From NCBI GenBank assembly GCA_963754945.1, contig CAVWIG010000018.1:1-64000 (forward strand): DNA of 64,000 bases. The letters run 5' to 3'. The notes under the pieces are model-generated. The model was not told the origin of the DNA, did not search any database, and saw nothing but the letters and a program-made list of their open reading frames with translations. Shown piece by piece: positions 60,970-64,000 of the stretch (position 1 is its first letter; each line of letters opens with the position of its first letter). Source of the DNA: Methanotrichaceae archaeon. Its GTDB lineage: Archaea > Halobacteriota > Methanosarcinia > Methanotrichales > Methanotrichaceae. The translations under genes and the position numbers were made by a program.

Positions 60970-62112
60970 CTAATAAATCTCCTCCAGGTCTTCGATGTGG
61001 GCGAAAGCATCCGAAAGCTGCTTCTTTGCTCTCTGCTTCCTGTCCTTCTCCTCCTGGATAGCCCTTGCCGCTTGGGCGTACAAAGTCTCGATCTCCGGCA
61101 CGGATGCCAGGGTGAAGAGGGTGAGGACCTTGGGGTAGCCTTTCTTAATAACCAGACCCTTGAAGACATGACCAGCGCCAGCGCATAGCTTCTCTATCTC
61201 TTTGGTGATCTCATCGACATCCAGGTACTCCCTGGACCCCTGGATGATCACCATCGCCCTAGCAGCCTCATCATAGACGTTGGCCGGATAGAGAAGGCTG
61301 CCCGGCTTTAAGCTATTCTGTATGGCGGATCTTACCGACGGGTTCTTGCGGTCTGCCTGGGAGAATCCCATTGTACCCATCCGTAGACCGCCGCTCATAA
61401 CGGTCTTAAAATCGCCGAGATCTGTCACGGAAAGCATCTCGCTGTCCAAGGACTCGATCAGGAACAGGGTGCGTTGGGCTATCATTGTGTTGATCTTATC
61501 GTAAGCGGTGGCGATGTCCCCACTGCACCTCTTCAGGTACTGGTTGTCAGCAAGAATCAGCCCTTCGGCATCTACCTCCATCAGCTCTCGCAAGCTGAAG
61601 GCGGCGTTCTGAAGATATATGGAACCCTCTTCTCGGAAGGGCAAAACTGCAATAGGAATAACGGTGATGTTCTTGTAACGCTCTTTTAGCTCGTGAATTA
61701 GGAGAGGAGAGAAAGATGAACCCGTACCTCCGGATGTGGAGGTCATCACAAAGGCGACATCAAAGTCCCCCCTTTTCTCGATCTCCTCCATGATCATTTC
61801 GCGGTTGTCCCAGAAACCCTGTTTGCCTACGTTTCTGTTAGCGCCTACACCATGGAGGTTGGGGACGTGAAGCCTATCTTTGGCAGTGGTAAATCTTAGT
61901 TCTTTGAGGTCATTGATTGCCGTGTTGATGGCAATAGTTTCCACCATGCTGGGAAACTTCTGGCGTGAATAGTACTTGGAAAGCCTGGAAGCACCACCGA
62001 ACGCCTCTTTGTTTATAGCGTCCAGGATTCTGTTCCCGCACTGGCCTACGCCAAGCATGAGTACATTTAACATTATCTCAAACCCGGATTGCTTGCTTTG
62101 ATCTTCCTTCAC
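60970..62112 (-). CDS. Tubulin/FtsZ superfamily protein (CetZ-like / non-canonical FtsZ)
   Basis: GVGQCGNRI, INTAINDL, GVGANR, SGGTGSS signature and TDLGD T7-like loop; charged helical C-terminus. Alternative start is the ATG at 62073. Confidence 0.88.
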   Translation of the reverse strand: MKEDQSKQSGFEIMLNVLMLGVGQCGNRILDAINKEAFGGASRLSKYYSRQKFPSMVETIAINTAINDLKELRFTTAKDRLHVPNLHGVGANRNVGKQGFWDNREMIMEEIEKRGDFDVAFVMTSTSGGTGSSFSPLLIHELKERYKNITVIPIAVLPFREEGSIYLQNAAFSLRELMEVDAEGLILADNQYLKRCSGDIATAYDKINTMIAQRTLFLIESLDSEMLSVTDLGDFKTVMSGGLRMGTMGFSQADRKNPSVRSAIQNSLKPGSLLYPANVYDEAARAMVIIQGSREYLDVDEITKEIEKLCAGAGHVFKGLVIKKGYPKVLTLFTLASVPEIETLYAQAARAIQEEKDRKQRAKKQLSDAFAHIEDLEEIY

Positions 62113-62160
62113 CTATAATCGTATCGCCATCCATTCTCAGTATCGAGGATGTTAACTCCT

Positions 62161-63321
62161 TCAATATTTATACTCTTTGTACCTCTTGATCAGCCACGCG
62201 GATACTGCCAACAATGGTAGGATTAGTAGGTAATATAGGTATTTATACTCTTGTTCCAGGACTACGATAGTTGTGCTCCCTTCCTTTAGCATCACATCGT
62301 TCCCATCCTGATAGCTGACTTTGAGGTTGACAGTGTATTCGCCACTGCTTCTTCCAGTAAGCTCGGCCGAATAACTCTCCGTCGCCCCAGGATCGATCTC
62401 GAAGTAGCTCCGATCCAAGTCGGCGACTTCCAAGCCACCCGAGGGCGTGACCTCAGACTTAATCTCCACCTTGTAGGCGACGGCCTTCCCGGAGTTGTAC
62501 AGGCTGACATTTAATCTGCCATTTTGCCCCAAAGGTATCGATCCGGAAGGGTTCAGCTTAATATCGAGATCAGGTTTGTTCTTGGGAGCTACGACAACGT
62601 TGAAGGGTGCCGACTCGTTGGATTTTGTGTTCTTCTTGGAGTCCGAGTACCTGACCTCTATAGGCGGCACTTTCACTGTCCCCTCTTTGACGGCATCGAT
62701 GACGTAGATGGCGGAGTCGGATTCTCCGGGATCTAGTTGACTCTTGATCTTAGGAGGGTACCCGGCGATGTACACGAAGTTGGCCAGAGGAGGCTGATCG
62801 TCAACTACGATATCCTGAGCCCTGGCTCCTCCGATGTTCTTCACGGTGACTGTGACCTTGACCTCGCCTCCAACGCTCGGATTATCACCGTCGAAGGTTT
62901 TTTCTACGGCCAAGACGGGCTGGCTACCAGGGCCCTTTGAACCGCTCTCGGCTGTTTGCTTTCTGGGTGTACCCAGATCCTTGGGGTACTCAACACGCAC
63001 CTTTGCAGATTGATCGTCGAATATATCTGTAATGGTGACGGTCAGGCCACCGTTCTCCGAACCACCGTCAAAGCTGTTAGCGTTGTTTTGCAGCAGTGCT
63101 CTCTGTTCATCCAAGGCACCCCCCGACTTGGTTGCCCTTATGACGACGATGCCGTCTCTGACTGACTGGACCTCAACCAACTGAATGGTATAGCTGGCTA
63201 TCTCGATGGAGTCGCCGGTATAAAGGGTAAAATCGCTAAAGGTGACTTCATTATTGCTGTCCTTTGCCTGAGAGGATGTCATGATTATGGCGATCAAGAC
63301 CATCAGATAAGTCAGCCGCAT
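62161..63321 (-). CDS. Membrane-anchored surface protein with BatD/CARDB-like Ig domains
   Basis: Signal peptide, VTVTVKNIG, LDPGES and LYNSGKAVA Ig motifs; C-terminal TM plus basic tail. Confidence 0.8.
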   Translation of the reverse strand: MRLTYLMVLIAIIMTSSQAKDSNNEVTFSDFTLYTGDSIEIASYTIQLVEVQSVRDGIVVIRATKSGGALDEQRALLQNNANSFDGGSENGGLTVTITDIFDDQSAKVRVEYPKDLGTPRKQTAESGSKGPGSQPVLAVEKTFDGDNPSVGGEVKVTVTVKNIGGARAQDIVVDDQPPLANFVYIAGYPPKIKSQLDPGESDSAIYVIDAVKEGTVKVPPIEVRYSDSKKNTKSNESAPFNVVVAPKNKPDLDIKLNPSGSIPLGQNGRLNVSLYNSGKAVAYKVEIKSEVTPSGGLEVADLDRSYFEIDPGATESYSAELTGRSSGEYTVNLKVSYQDGNDVMLKEGSTTIVVLEQEYKYLYYLLILPLLAVSAWLIKRYKEYKY

Positions 63322-63355
63322 ATCAGCTTACCTTTGACAACCCACATTTATACTT

Positions 63356-64000
63356 TTACCCCATTCGAGACTGCTCGATCTCCAGGCTCAGGTCTATCCA
63401 TCTGGCGTTCCTGGTCAGCATTCCCAGGGAGATAACATCAATCCCGGATCCAGCGTATTCTTCAAGGTTATCAATGGTTATATTTCCTGATGCTTCCAGA
63501 ATCACGTGGTTCCTCTGACCGTTCTGTTTCAGGATCTCCACCCCCCTTTTGATCTCAGAGGGCAACATATTGTCAAACATTATTATGTCGACGCCAAGAT
63601 CTGCAGCTCGCCGCATTGTGCTCAAGTCTTCTACCTCTACCTCGATCTTTTTTGTAAAGCTCGCCTGCCTTCTAGCCGCCCTTACACATTCTTCCAGGCC
63701 CATGAGCTTCATGTGGTTATCCTTTATCAAAACGGAATCGGAGAGGTTGAACCGGTGTGGATCTCCACCGCCTAAAAAAACTGCCCGCTTCTCGTAGATC
63801 CTGAACCCTGGTGTGGTCTTGCGCGTGGCTGCGACTTTCACACCATTGGCGTGTAGAACGCACTCCCTTGTAAGGGTAGATACACCGCTCATTCTGGCCA
63901 GGAAATTCAGTACCAAGCGTTCTGCCTGCAGTATTTTCCTAGACCTGCCCTGGACAATCATGAAAACAGAACCCATAGACACAAACTCACCATCGTCGTA
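63356..64000 (-). CDS. nadC: Nicotinate-nucleotide pyrophosphorylase (carboxylating); 5' end outside the window
   Basis: ERLVLNFL, ATRKTTPG, HRFNLSD..LIKDNH, EVEVE, IMFDN and EASGNI; the frame is open to the window edge. Confidence 0.95.
   Translation of the reverse strand, partial: YDDGEFVSMGSVFMIVQGRSRKILQAERLVLNFLARMSGVSTLTRECVLHANGVKVAATRKTTPGFRIYEKRAVFLGGGDPHRFNLSDSVLIKDNHMKLMGLEECVRAARRQASFTKKIEVEVEDLSTMRRAADLGVDIIMFDNMLPSEIKRGVEILKQNGQRNHVILEASGNITIDNLEEYAGSGIDVISLGMLTRNARWIDLSLEIEQSRMG

Overview
This is a gene-dense chromosomal window from a methanogenic euryarchaeon, most likely Methanothrix/Methanotrichaceae (inferred from the duplicated-domain PGF-CTERM S-layer gene, fae-hps fusion, npdG, rps6e, archaeal cca and archaeal tRNAs). 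Most genes are housekeeping: trpB2, leuC/hacA, truA, ilvD, thpR-cca, valS, trm1, ribBA, two amt-glnK pairs and nadC. Five regions stand out. (1) 5.6-11.2 kb holds five related secreted, Cys-bearing, beta-strand-rich proteins, candidate sheath subunits; two have nearly identical coding DNA but diverged, structurally conserved ~265-nt 5' leaders. (2) 41.2-50.2 kb is an extracytoplasmic cluster of three exported rhodanese paralogs that lack the canonical catalytic Cys and carry a CxPC motif instead, plus a subtilase, a NosD-like beta-helix protein, a DNRLRE-like protein and a thioredoxin-CcdA fusion. (3) A frameshifted TIR-like pseudogene, missed by the ORF track, lies beside tRNA-Glu. (4) A candidate sRNA lies at ~40.4 kb. 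(5) A CoA-transferase-GNAT fusion lies near an AcuC-type deacetylase. No CRISPR array, rRNA or intact transposase was seen. All calls come from motif recognition by eye; no database searches were run.
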